The notes beneath the pieces were generated by a model. It was given only the letters and a program-made list of their open reading frames with translations, ran no database searches and was not told the DNA's origin. The position numbers were made by a program, and so were the translations under genes. A DNA stretch of 64,000 bases from Azolla caroliniana (lineage: Eukaryota > Plantae > Polypodiophyta), in contig JBHGNT010000021.1 of the NCBI GenBank assembly GCA_043228905.1, positions 11,656,001 to 11,720,000 on the forward strand, given 5' to 3'. Shown piece by piece: positions 38,708 through 53,700 of this stretch; position 1 is the first letter of the stretch; every line of letters begins with the position of its first letter.

Positions 38708-41700
38708 TCCGTCCAAGCTCCACCTCCACCTCCACCTCCACTTACTCCCAAGTATTCCAGATCTCCCTCTACGCCTAGAAGCAGACAAGCTGCTCTTGCC
38801 AACTTGAAATTGGACTCCTCATTATCTTCTTTTTCCATAGGTCTCATCCCAGGTTTCTCCACCATTTCGAGTCGCAGTAATTTGTCATCAAAATACTTCT
38901 TCGGTCAAGACTCGAGGCTCACCATTGGTTCTCCTGCACACAGTCCTCTGTTGCGGCGACTGCCTCCACCGAGGATCACCTCTACAACTTCTGCTCCACC
39001 AAAGTGCAAGTCTAGGAGGAAGTTTGGGTTCCAGGGCAATGCCATCCTTTTCATGTTGTGTTTGCTGCTCTTCTTCTTTCTGTTGGATTGGTGGGCTCTT
39101 TCTGAACTTTGGAGCACACCTATGCCAGATGCCAACAATGAAAGCTTTCGGCTTCCACTATCATTGCAAGTAATGGTTATTTGTATTTTGCAGTGACATT
39201 GTTGTCTTTAGTAACTATGGTGTAGGCCCACATTTTAATAATCAATCAGTATATATATTAACATTGTTCTTTTTGTCAATCACATCTTGGTTTCTTGCAT
39301 TTAGAACTTATAGGCATCCATAGGCACCACCATCGCCTCGTACATTTTCATTTTCCAATTTCCAATGAATTCTGATATATAACTTGTTCATTTCCTGATA
39401 GTATCGTACATGTATGTTTCATGTATAGGGTGAGTGGAGTCAGTTTCCCAAGGGGGAAAGGTCTCCTGGAGTTATGTATGGGAGACTTCTAGCATTGGCA
39501 GCACATGGCCTTGCAGAGGTATAATACATATTTGCATAGCACATTCTGTTTTAGCCCTGTTGAAATTGATATCACTGAAGACATACTGTGATATTATCTA
39601 TGATGTGTTGATATCACTCAAGACACTCTATGACATTATATAGGATGTCTTGAATCCTGAACCAAAGGAGTTGTGGGAGGAGCCCTTTGCTGATGCTTCT
39701 GGATGGAAACCTTGTTCACAAGAAAAAGATTCCAGCAATTGGTGTAAGTCTTTGTGGATTATTTCATGAAATGCCTTAGGCTACGTGTGGCAAAAATAGA
39801 TATATTAACGTCTCAGGTTTCTTTCTGGTAGCATTTGATTCAGCCCCAAACACAGGGTATATAGTGATCAGTGCGAATGGCGGTCTCAATCAGCAAAGAG
39901 TCGCCGTGGGTAATTTTATGCTCATGTTTTTTAAAAGATAAAGGCTATGTACTCAAACAATCATTCGATTGCAGATCTGTAATGGAGTTGCAGTTGCACG
40001 CTTGCTCAATGCTACGCTAGTGCTTCCAGAGTTTCAATTTAGTACAGTCTGGAAAGACAACAGGTATCAATGCGTTGCATTTCAAGAGGCTGGGATGCTG
40101 CTTTACAAGTGTTTTCCGTAAATTTACATAATCATATCAATGCCCCTATTTTGTCTACTAGTTGAGCTTGATTGTAAAGAAAATACCATAGTGCATGAAA
40201 TAGAGGTAAACATGAGCTTCTACATGCTCTAGTATATACCTGGAGGTTTGATTGTAAGAGAGAGATGGGGTCATGGCATGAAGGACACAATCTCATTCTC
40301 ATTCTAAAGATAATATTCCGGTATAGTATGATTGATAGACAAAAGGCTTGATACTTCAATGTTGGTTGTTCAAGATCTTGAGATGTGGTCTGGTCTAAGA
40401 GTTGGATGATTCATGGTATAAATGAGCTTCGTCATGTGCAATAGTACATTCCTTGAGGTTGATTGTAAGAGAGAGAGATGGGGCCATACCATGAAAGGAA
40501 CCAATCACATTCGAAAGATATCATTCTAGTAAAGTACTCAAACACAAAAAGGCTTGATTCTTCGATGTTTGTTTAAGATCTTGAGATGTGGTCTAATCTA
40601 AGAATCGGATGACTCATGGAATGCATGAACTTTTACTTGCTCTATAATACATACCTTGAGGTTGATTGTAAGAAAGAGATGGAGTCATGACTCCAATCTC
40701 ATTTTAAACATAATATTCCAGTATAGTATGACTTAAAGAATAAAAAGCTTGATACTTTGACGTTGACTGTACAAGATCTTGAGATGCGGTCTAGCCTAAG
40801 AATCGGATGATTCATCCATTATAGATAGCAGTATACCAATCAATGTATACTGCTATAATCCCACCAAATGTCCCCCAAGATAGTGCTCTATTTGTAGGAT
40901 TGGATTACTAGGTATCTACCAATTAGTGTGAAACCTATGAAGCCATGGTATATCCAACTACACTTGTATCTTCCAAGGGCATAATATAAATTTCTTCTAA
41001 TTGCCTACATAGCTTTGAATATGGATCTGAAATTTTTTCCAATTATCAGGGTAATGTATTCCAAGCAACTAGGACATTCCAATTCTGATTCATCCATAGA
41101 TCCCATCTATTTTACACATGTCTACCTTGGAGTAAACAAAATTTGCCTGAACTCCAGATGCAATAACAGGAATAGATGTATGATGTTGGATTTTGCCCTG
41201 AGCTTGGCACAACTAAATGGCTTTAGTGCATGGTTACTGATAAACCACATCAAGCTCTAAGGGAAGAGGGAGAGAGAGCTTGGAGTAATAAAATTTGCCC
41301 AAGCTTCAGAGTCAATAAAAATTATAGCTATATGATCTTAGCATTTGCCCCCAAGATTTGCACAACTCAATGGCTTCATTGCATAGTTGCCCTAGGGGAT
41401 AGATAAATAACTCTAACATTCATGGGACACCGATTCCTATCTATGAGATGGGACCTGGCCCATGCCAAGGATTGAACTTGGGTTCTCTCAAATTTATGAC
41501 TTTGGGAGAGAAAGAAAGAAAGAAAGAAAAATATTCTATGTCTTTTATGTGGCTGAAATGGCCTATAAGACCAAACAAGAGATTACATCTTAAGTGTTGC
41601 CTTGTCTTTGAGAACAACAAATCAAAATAAAATAAATATGACTTAGTAAATATAAAAGCAAATAAGATAAAAAGAGACGACGGAATCTGGTTTTCGACAC

Positions 41701-44700
41701 ATGTGATATTCTCAAGTTAGATATATTACAATTGTTGTCATCAAAAGGTCTCTAGCATAGGTCGATCCAGAATGGAGAGGTCTCCGAAGTGAGGGAAGCA
41801 CCTGCGATGGTGGGAGATAATGGCCTTTATTTGTCAATGACAATGGTGCTGAGGTCGTGGTCCATGGGGCCGGAGCTGACATGCACGACAAATTGCTATT
41901 GCCCGATCTATTGTAACCCCTTTGTTATGTCCTGGTCGGGAGCCCATTTGTGTATCCCTTGATTGACTTGTAGCATTAATAGGAGTGATGGGGCCAAAAA
42001 AAGTTGTGATTGTTCCTTGTGCATGAGCTTGCGTGGCTGTATTATTGTCTTTCAACAACTTTTCCCTATATCTCTTGAGTTCTAGCAAGCAAAGCCCCAA
42101 GCCCCGCTGGTCCTCATATTGCATTACCTCATGTAGAGGGCCAATGCCTTGCTTAAAGAGGCAATGTTATCTCCCACTTATTTCATAAAAATCACTACAA
42201 TGACAAACATAATGTTCTTTAGATTCCACTCCCCGATGACACAATTGGCAAATTCTTTCTTTTAGAGGTATTCATGCATATTTGCCTACCCCAATATCTA
42301 ACTGATGTGATTAGTTCGCAGTTGCCCTATCACATAGCACAACACATAGGATAGATGTATGTCCATATAAAGTGGCCTGATGATGAATCCATCCTCCGAT
42401 GTGTATCTTGTAGTTGGCCATCTTTGTACCAAGTGATATTTTGGGGCTGATCCATGTTATCTTGTTTTCCAAGTTAATAATATCAGTTTGGATCACTCTA
42501 TTCTTTTTCCACTTTGGTCATATTTAGATGGAGAGAGTCCAAGCTATATTGGAACGGGGGTAGTGCATTTATACTTATGCGATTTGACTGGAACCATTGC
42601 TGCATTTCAGCATACCAACAATGAATGTCTCCATTTTCAGCTAGTTGTCTTGATGACATAAGTGCCAACTTTGGGTACCTTTGTTTAGGGAGCTCCCAAA
42701 GACATTGGATACATGTCACTGATCGGAACAATGCCTCGGTGTTACAGGTGCTGCTCCTATCTCTGCCCGGATCATATCATGGGGCACTGATGCTTTGCTC
42801 CTTACCATGTGGGCAATCATTGACACTAAAGCTCTCTCTAAATCTTTCCAATGTTTTGCCTTGTTAAGACTCGGTCCCCACATCTCTGCTCCATAGAGAA
42901 GAGTTGGTGTGACAAGTGTATCAAATTACCATAACTTAGTTCGTGGCTTTTGGAACTGCAAATGTGCACATTTTCTCTCAAACGCACCAAGGGTTGCATA
43001 TCCACGAGAAAGTCGGGCACAAGCAACCTCTTGTAAGGAGAATCTAGGCCCTAGGTATGCATAGGAGCGTGTGTATTCTATCTTTTCCTTTCCCAAGAAG
43101 AATTCTGGTTCTGATATTGTTACCCATGCTTGAGTGGTGTTAAACACCATCACTTTAGTTTTAGCCATGTTTATTGACAAACCTTCATCCGTACAAAATA
43201 GTTTTTAGGCATTTAGATGTCTTTGTAGTCCCTTCGGAGAGTTAGAAATCAGCACAATATCATGTAGTAATATTTGTATAGCTATACCTACTAGACATGC
43301 TCCCGAACCCCCAAATCTCTCTATGTAATGTGATACCTCATCTATATAGAGACCAAAGAGAGTGGGGTGTGTACCCAATCATCGGAAAAAAAAAAAAAAA
43401 CTTAGATAAAAGAGTTCTAGTATTGTATAAAACGTGTTATGGTTTCTGTAAAGGGAAAGGCTTGTTCTAGGCCTAGTTTCATTTCCACCCAAATCTCTCG
43501 AAAAGGAGTGGGAGGTCAACAGGTTTTGATGTGGGTGTGGCCCGTCGTCCCAATGTAAAAGGTACCCCAACCATAGCTTCTAGGCAGTGTAACTCACACT
43601 CCCTTATCTTTTTAATTGCTTCTACACCACAAGTTACTTTGAGGCCAAGGGTGTTTGGTTGTTTTTTGGTTTTTTGCGTCAACAAGGGAGAGGCCGAGTG
43701 GTGTAGGTGTGTCCACATTCATCGTCTCCCCCTGTCCCTGAAAAATTTCATTGGTTATATGTTGGTGAATATTAGAAAGGTTATGGTTAACATTTTGTAG
43801 CTTATTCTCTCTATGTTGTTTTAGTTCTAAGATATATCTACCTAGTTTCTTTATATCTGGGGTATCTAATAGTTTGGTGAGGGTGAGAGAGGGTCCTAGT
43901 ATGTCTTGGTATTTTTCCCTGATCTTAGTGTAAGTTGGACACTTGCATTTAAAGTGACACTTATCCTCTATCTCTATGTGACATAATCTATATATCCTTT
44001 CCTTTTTGAGGACTCCATTAGTACGACCATTCTCAATCTCAAGTTGGTGAGAGGATATTCTAAGTTGTCCAATGGCAACCCTTAGTGCATTTGGTAAGAA
44101 TGTATCTAGATATTTTGGTTGTGTAACAAAGCTTAACTTAGTACAACATTTTAGATAGGAGTGGCTTTAGTGGGTTGATCCATTTATATTGAGTGTAAAT
44201 TTGCTATATTTCTTGGTATATTTCTCTATTACGGTCCTCATAAGATATTAAAGTTTTATCAGTTTCGTGGTTGTACCTAAGAGGAGGTAGGTTATTAATG
44301 TCTAGGCCGTTTGCAAGAAGCCAACTCACCAACAATGCTATACCAAAAGCTAGTATCTCCGGACTCATTGAATGATCACAACATGCCTCAAAAGCTTGAC
44401 GAGATACCTTATTTTGTGATTGGCTATGTATCCTATGAATAAAAACTCCAAGTTGGAAAAGTGCTTCTACTAGCATTGGGGGTAAAGTGAACTTTGCTCT
44501 GATAATGGCATGTGGCACTGTCGATTTGCTTCGGAGTTGACGTGCTAATACCCTCACCAATGGTCTCTCTATGCATTCACATGAAAGATGGTAGGCGTAG
44601 AGCCCAAAACACTAATGCATACATGAGGGAAGAGGTCACTAATGAGTCGACGAGCCACCCATTAGTTCGTGGCCCTTGAAAGTATGCTTGGTGGCATTGT

Positions 44701-47700
44701 CTCTCTAAGAGTGAGAGGTATGCATATCCTCTCGTTAGTCTATCTTTGGCTGCTTGTGTCATTGAAAATTCACCTGAGTGACCATTGAAAGTGACTCCAA
44801 GATATACATATGATCTAACTACCTCAATTGGTCTATGAGTGAGGTTTAAGTGACATGTAGTCCTAACTCGAGCAGATGTGTGAAAAATAAAGACTTTAGT
44901 TTTCCCTAGAGAATAGTTCACTTTACCCCTGATGTTAGTAGAAGCACTTTTTCAACTTGGAGTTTTTATGCATAGGATACATAGCCAATCACAAAATAGG
45001 ATATCTCGTCAAGCTTTTGAGGCATGTTGTGATCATTCAATGAGTCCGGAGATACTAGCTCTTGGTATAGCATCGTTGGTGAGTTGGCTTATTGCAAACG
45101 GCCTAGACATTAATAACCTACCTCCTCTTAGGTACAACCACGAAACTGATAAAACTTTAATATCTTATGAGGACTGTAATAGAGTAATACGCCAAGAAAT
45201 ATGACAAATTTACACTTGATATAAATGGATCAACCCACTAAAGCCACTCCCATCTAAAATGTTGTACTATAAGGAACACTTCATGCACTTCTCTAAGTTA
45301 GGCTTTGTTACACGACCAAAATATCTAGATACATTCTTACCAAATGCACTAAGGGTTGCCATTGGACAACTTAGAATATCCTCTCACCAACTTGAGATTG
45401 AGCACGGTCATACTAATGGAGTCCCTAGAGAGGAAAGGATATATAGATTATGTCACATAGAGATAGAGGATAAGTGCCACTTTACATGCAAGTGTCCAAC
45501 TTACGCCAAGATAAGGGAAAAATACCAATACATACTAGGACCCTTTCCTACCCTCACCAAACTATTAGATACCCCAAATATAAAGAAACTAGATACCAAT
45601 ACATACTAGGACCCTTTCATACCCTCACCAAACTATTAAATCTATAGGGACACCAAGGGATTCTAACTGTTGCATAAGCCAAGCACGTGGCACAATGTCA
45701 ATGCTTTTCGGAAATCCACAAAACAACAATAAATCCTCTTATTGTGGGTTCTACCCTCCTCGATAAGGTCTCAAAGTGTCAATATGTGATCCAAAGTTGT
45801 GAACTTTTGAAAGCCTGCCCGTCTAACTGAACGATAGCCGTTTCACTCGGCCCATATACTCAATTCTGACTCTATGATCGAGCCGTATAGTTGAGCCAAG
45901 TAATGGCCAATCATGATTGTCCTATATATAGTTGCTTGGGATTGTGAGGTCTCCACTCTTGAGGATTGGCACAATGGTATACTCTGTCCATCTAGATAGT
46001 AGGGAAACTTTCACACATAGCTCTATTAAAAATGTGTGTTAGTAATAGGAGTAAAATGTCATGATCATAAATAAAGTGCTCACATAGAAATCGATCGTGA
46101 TCTTGGGCCTTCCCAAATTGTAACTGATCAATGGCAAATTTTATATTTTGTGGAGTAAAAAAGGTGGATTCATGTGGGTTGTTGGTTCTTGTTTTGAATC
46201 AACAAAATTTTACCACTTTAGGATTATGAGAGTATTTATAGATAGGGGAAAAAACCTCCTAAAGAGGGAAAAAATGTCCTTGTGGTCCGAAGTGTGTTCA
46301 CACATCACTACCAAAATATGTCAACAAATCCCCCTTGGGAGTGATGCGGTGAACAAGGAGCTGGCACTCATGGTTAAGCAAGTGCCAAGCTATGTGGATA
46401 GAGATCAATCCACAAATGGCAGTAGGCCTAAAGCTTTGCAGAAAGCTTCAAGCTTCTCCCTAGGCAAAGCCTTTATGAAGAGGTTTGCAATGTTCTCCTG
46501 CGTGGGCATATAAGCTAAACTGATCTCTCCAATGGAGAACCTTTCCCTGACATAGTGATAATGCACCTCAATGTGCTTAGTGCGAGCATGGAACACAAGG
46601 TTCCTTGCAACTACCGCTTTGACTGTCAGTGAAGATGGTGGTGGCAAAAGACTGACCAACACCCAAATCAGCTAAAAGGCGTCTGAGCCACACACACTCA
46701 ATTGTAGCTGTGAAAGCTGCCCTATACTCAGCCTCACAACTGGAAGTGGCCACAGTAGGCTGCTTCTTGTTCAACCAAGATATGCACGAGCTACCAAGCA
46801 TGAAGCAAAAACCACTTGTGGACACACGAGTGTCAAAACAACCAGACCAATCAGAGTCAAAAAAAACATGCAGGTCTGGTGGTAGTGATCCACCCTTGGG
46901 ATAAAACAATCCAAGTGACTGGGTACCACTCAAGTAGCGAAAGATGTGCTTAATTGCCTGCCAATGCTTAACTCCTGGGCAATGGATAAACCTGCTCATT
47001 TGAGAGACAACAAACTGAATATCAGGTCGGGTTATGCATAAGTAAATCAAGTATCCAACTGCTTGCTGATAGAGAATAACATCAAATGCATTTCCAGCAT
47101 CATGAAGGCTCAAACGTAAACCTGTCTCCATGGGAGGGGCCATAGATTGACATTCACATTCGTGGGGTTCCCATTCAAATGCAAACGAATACGAATACGA
47201 ATACGAATACGAATACATGGTCAAGTATTCGTTTAACAAAAAAAAGAGAGTACATGAACTCCCTCCTTTTTAGTTTCCTACGACATAAAGAAAGGGACTT
47301 GACAATAAAAAGGGGACAATAAAAGAGGAACTTGACACTAATAAATTTTTATAGTAAATGTAAAAGTATTCGTTTTATTTTTAATAAATAAAGGTTCATT
47401 AATTCCTCACTTTTTTTGCTCCCAAAATTTATGGATATTTTTATCTGACATTAAAAATGGGACTTCAGACTAATCATATTTCTATAATAAATATAAAAAT
47501 ATTCGTTTTTTAAAAATTAATTAATTAATTAAAATAAAGGTTTATAAACTCGCCAACTTTTTTATTTGACACTAGTGATAAAGGAGAGTTAATATTATTC
47601 ATATTTTTATAATCTATTGTTTCTTTTTTAGTGAATTAAATTTATTTATTTTAAAAAATTTAATTAATTAATTTTTTTATATTTATTTTGCAAAACGAAT

Positions 47701-50700
47701 GGTTTTATAATATTCTTAGGGCCATTTCGTATTCTCGAATATTGTGAATATCACGCATGGAGAATATCACACATGTGTCAATCTATGGGAGTGGCAATAG
47801 GTTTACAGTTTTCAAGGCCAAAATGCGGCAATAATGTGTCAATGTATTTCGATTGACACAAAGCTATTCCACCATCAACTTGCGTAAATTGAATGCCCAA
47901 AAATAATGATGCAAATGCCCCAAATTTGACATCTCAAAAGAGGCATGCAAATCAGCCTTAAAGTCAGCAATGTGCTTCTCATTGGGACTAGTGAGAAACA
48001 TGTCATTGACATAAAACCATGATCAGAAATACATCATCAAGACGCTTAACATATAAGGTGCTTTTAGTTGGACTATTCTCAAAATCAAATGCAATCATAT
48101 AGGCATGTATCTTTTCATACCAAGAACGTGGTGCTTGCTTCAAGCCATATAATGCCTTTCTCAACCTGCCATTTTTGCACAAAACCATGGGGTTGAGATA
48201 CATACACTTCCTCATGAAGATCACCATTTAGAAATGTTGTTTTAATGTCCAACTGATGTACATTCCAACCACAATGAGCTGCAATTGCACAGATGCTAGT
48301 AACAGTAGTCATACGGCAGGTGGGAGCAAAGGCCTCATCAAAATCAATGCCTTTTTCTTGGGCATAACCTTTCGCAACAAGCCTAGCCTTATACTTGTCA
48401 ACTGTTCCATCAGGTTTACGCTTCAGCTTATATACCCACTTAGTGCCAATGGCCTTCTTGCTAGGAGGCAAGTCGCATAAAGACCATGTACCAGTCTTCA
48501 TAATAGCATCATATTCTGATTGCATAGCAGCTATCCAATTTTCTGAATTTTGTGCTTCATCAAAAGATACAGGCTCATTCTCATCACAAAGACTAGAGGC
48601 AGCCATAGCATAACAATCTGATGCAAAAGAAGCACTATGAGAACCTGAACAAGTATGGTATGACAAAAGAACATCTAATTTGCTATCATGCAAAGTCTCC
48701 AACAGCCATTTAGGCACAGTTTCTGCCTCCTCTATATCAGCCCTCTCATTAATAAGTGCATCATGTAAGTCTGCATCAGAAATAGAATGATTTGCATCAT
48801 TATGAGTAGCTTTTGAAGGCTGACAAGGTGCCTCAAGTGTCATACACATCTCTGGAGCTAACTGATGTCTCCTTAGTACATGACAGCAATGGCTGAATTG
48901 CATCCTCCACAAAAACAACATCACGGCTAACCAGAATGCGTTTAGTTTGTGGATGATACAGACGATAGCCTTTACTTTCAGAACCATATCTAACAAAATA
49001 CATTTCAATGCTTTATCATCCAATTTTTTGCGTTGTTTAGGCACTAATGCATATGCCAAACAACGAAAAACATGCAGATGAGCAATAGATGGCTTGCGGC
49101 CATGCCAAGTCTCATATGGAGTGATAGAGTGCAGTACTTTAGTGGGACACCTGTTAAGTACATATGTTGCACACCTGATAGCCTCAAGCCAGAAACTATG
49201 TGGTAAAGCCTGCCTTTTGACCATACACCTCGCCATTTCCATGAGTGACCTGTTCTTTCTTTCAGCAACTCCATTCTATTGAGGTGTATATGGCACTGTA
49301 CACTGATGTTTTATCCCACGTTCAGCCAGAAATGCATTAAAATCAGAAGACATATACTCCCCCCCCGATCATAACGGAGGGTGCCCATTTTATGTGCCGA
49401 CAGATTTTCAGCCAAAGCTAGAAACTGTTTGAAGCACAAAAACACTTCGAACTTTGCCTTTAATCGATATACCCATGCATGCTTGGAAAATTCATCAATG
49501 AGTCACAAAGTAAAGATAGTTCCCAAGAGAATGTGTCTGCATAGGACCACAAACATCACTATGAACAAGCTGCAATTTCTGCGTAGCTCTAACTGAACCA
49601 TCTTTTGGAAAGGATGAACACTACATTTTGCCCAAAATACAGCCTTCACAGACATGCTTCCGAGGTGCCTCAAGTTTGGGCAAGGAGGACACCATTTCAT
49701 ATTTCTGCAGGTGAAACAAACTTGCAAAATTCAAATGACCTAAGCGTGCATGCCAAATCTTTGCATTTGAAATAGCCTGAGAATCTTGTATTGCACATGC
49801 TGAATCATTTATAGATCTTTCATAATCTATGAGCTTATATAGCCCACGACATAAAATGCTAGAAGCAATAATAACATCGCCATTGGACAGATCATAACCT
49901 GTACACCTGTCATCAACAAATTTAACAACCAAGCAAATCTTGGCTAATGCTGAGACTAACAACATATTTTTCGTGATCCCTGGCAAAAATAAAGCATCGG
50001 ACAAGGTAAAAGAACTACCATCAGAAGTAGTCAAAATGATCTTACCAACTCCCATAATTGGCACAAGTGACAGTATTCCCTGTAGGGGCAGGCTCCAATG
50101 AAGTGAAGAAATTGCGCTGCGAGGTAATATGTTTGGTTGCCCCACTATCGAAGTACCAAACGTTTGATTCCACAACAGACATACATTGTTCAAGTGAAGA
50201 TGGGTCAAAACTGCAAACAACAGTAAATGGCCATTCTTCATTCTGCACAAGAGTTGCAGATTCTGTTTTCGGTGCAAAGACTTCTGCAACGAGTCCTGCC
50301 TCTTTTGCAGCCAATTTTGGACAGTTCTTTATAATACGATCAGTTCCTTTACAGTGTTTGCAAAACAGTTTTTGTTTCTGCTCTTGTTTTTATTCATTCA
50401 CTTGTGAAGTATTAGCAAATCTTTGCTTCCTAGCAAATGAGTTCCATTTACCTTTGCCCTTTTGACTAGCTAGGAAAGCTTGATTTGCAACACGCATAAT
50501 AGACTTGTTTTGCCTAGACCAATCTTCTTGTAAGAAAATAGAAACTAACTCCTCAAACAATAAGGCATTGGGATTACCTTTCATCATTAAACGAAGGGTA
50601 GAAGCAAAACTCTGATATGAATCAGGAAGACCATTTAGAACGGTTTGCAGAAGTGAACTATCTTGTATCATTTCATCAGCAAAAATTAATTGTTCCTTTA

Positions 50701-53700
50701 AATCTTTGATTTTCGTAAGAAAGCTATCCATAGAATCACCTTTGTTCATGTGCTCACTCTCCAACTGTTTTCAGAGATAATCAACACGAGCCTCATTTCT
50801 TGCTTGGTACAAAATGGTAAGAACGGTTTGCACAAGTGAACTATCTGGTATCATTTCATCAGCAGAAATTAATTGTTCCTTTAAAGCTTTGATTTTTGTA
50901 AGAAAGCTATCCATAGAATCACCTTCGTTCATGTGCTCACTCTCCAACTATTTTCGGAGATAATCAACACGAGCCTCATTTCTTGCTTGGTACAAAGTGC
51001 CCAAGCATCCTTTGCTGTCTTGCAAGAGCGAAGATGGGGAATAATGACACATTTCACAGACAAAACTATCAAAGCATGTGCCTGAGCATCTCTGCCATCC
51101 CAACGAAGTTGCTCTGCATTTGGTACAACAGAAAGTGCAGCATGAGCATGAGTAGGATGATCAGCATCCTCGGCAGAATCAGTACCATCAACGTTTGTGT
51201 TCTCAACAACATGACGTTTTTCAACCCCCTGAACCACATTCTACAACCCTTTTGCTACTAATACATGGCATCATATAAGCCCAGAGAGGGTAATTTGTTC
51301 CATCCAATTTATCCTCAACAACAAGCATCTGAAATACATCATTGCTCTCAGCCATGGCCATTGATTGAACACGTTTTGATGCAGAAAATGGACTGCTGAA
51401 TGAATAAAAATGAATAACGTATCTCTTTGACTTAGAAGATGAACCAATGAAGAGAAAAGGAAGCAAATTGGATTTCTGTGCAGCAACCGCACAGAAGAGA
51501 GTTGTAGAAGACTCAAGGAGATTTTTAGTAGGATTGAATTAACTTGGAAGCATAAAAAAAACACAACTGAAACCGCGGAGAGCAAGAAAACACGCATAAA
51601 TTTGTTTTGCAGCAGCAGAAAAATGCCACCACAGATGGCGCAGACGGACTGCGTATGGGAGCCATCGCCTTGCTGTTCGCTCGTTGTGTTGCTGCGCAAA
51701 CGTCGCTTAGTTGCTCTGATACCACTGTTGGGTTCTTGTTTTGAATCACAAAAACTTTACCACTTTAGGGTTATGAGAGTATTTATAGATAGGGGGAAAA
51801 AGCCTCCTGAAGGGGGAAAAAATGCCCTTGTGGTCCTAACTGTGTTCACACACATCACTACCAAAATATGTCAACATGGGCGTGAGCCATGTGGGTGGGG
51901 AAGTGGAGGCTGCCCCAAGATATCACATCATACCTTTGCATATTCTTGCCACACCTGAGATGAGGTCATTGGGTGGTCGGTTGCCTTTCAATAAACAAAT
52001 TCCATGCTCTTTTACTTTCTTGTCCTAGAAACAAGCGATACAAATTATCTTCAAATTTACCTAAATAAAATCTCTTTTTCTTCCTTACAAAGTGTTAGAA
52101 GGTTGCATTTGTTTGTTTGTGTGTATGAATACCCTAACTTTGTGTTGCAACCTTCTCCTTGTATCACGACCTTCCTTGTCATACCAACTATTTTGTATGA
52201 ATCTACCAAGTTTGGGGGCATTGCCCTTTGTGTGGGAAAAGACATTTGTGGCTGCTTTATGCAATGACTTTGGCAATCCTTGTGTAACTTCATCTAAAGG
52301 TGCAAAAGTATCCAAATCTAGCATGCCATTATATACTCCACAACTATACGCATTAATTATCTCTCGAGTAACTTGGTACTTAGCCAACTCACCCTCCTCC
52401 GTAGCATATACATCCCTTGTGCATTCATCATTCACCTCAAAGAATAGATATGCATGATTTGCTGCCAAGCCAATAGGTCTACCGGATATAGTGAACTATG
52501 TTATTTCAGGTATAAGAGATGGAGATCTCATCATGTAACTGATTGTGCTTGCACCTCCTTTGGGTTCCAACATGTCAAAGCATCTGATTTGAGCCGTTGT
52601 GACAATCCATTATATATCACAAATCCATGTCACCTCCCAAGGCTTGAAAGTGATTGCCATATTCAATTACTTCACTCATATCTTGAGCTTATCCCTTTAG
52701 ACCAACTTCTTCTGCCATAATTTCTCCATAAAAAGCCTTGTTGGTGTCAAATGTAGTTGTTTATTCATCCTTATTTGTGCATTGAAGTCTCCTAATAGTA
52801 TTATCCCCTGTATCAGCCAATCTTATGATATCATCATATAATGGTAGATATGGTGATTCACCAAGAGGCGCAAAACCTTGAGTAGGCAGGTGGAAAGTAG
52901 CAGATAGCAATATATAGCTCTCTAAGATCCCCTCTTTTGATTCTTATTTACATATTATGTTATGTCCCAAAAATATTGTTAGACTTAACAAGGATCATGT
53001 GATGGAGACAAAACAAGGGACAAAATGCTTCATATATTGAGTACAACTCAGATTGTTACAAAGTGTCCCGAGAATTTAGACAAAACCAAAATGTGAATTG
53101 GGACAAGTCAGGACGAGTTGGCACAAATCCAATGTGTTTCAAGGAACCGAGAGTATGAAGGACCAAATTATGATCTGAGCAAATGAGCGAATGAATAATC
53201 CTTTTCATGCCTTCTCCTTATATAGGGGCTTAGATGGCTGTTGGGACTAGCCGTTGGGGTAGTTAGTAGGGACTACCCGTTGGGCCTCAAGGTTGGGACA
53301 AAACATGGGGACACACCTCTTGGGATTGGGACTGCGCTTTCTGGTGAGTCGGTCAATTTTGGGACAGTCTCCCAGGTGGGACAATTGAGGGCACCACATT
53401 CACCCAGGTCTTCTAGCGATTGAGTCCCATCAAGGTAATAAAAGAGTGTTAAGGACCTCGATGAGTTGGCCTTGCACCTTGTGTTACTTGGGCCGCCCTT
53501 CATCTTTTGCTGTATGGCCCTTCAAGGCAATCCCTCTATTTTCGCTATAGTATGAACCATACGTACCATACATGCATTCGCATTCGAGAATGTTTCAATA
53601 ATTCCAGTATGGTATAAACACCTGCGAAGTATGGTAAATACCATACTTTTGTATTCATTATTTATTATAAGGTAATTTTTTTTAATGTAAAAACTGTAAA

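Noticed and set aside
41670-41725. Possible Penelope-like terminal motif (ggttttcgacac...ttctcaag)
   Set aside because: Too short, with no supporting RT or GIY-YIG sequence.
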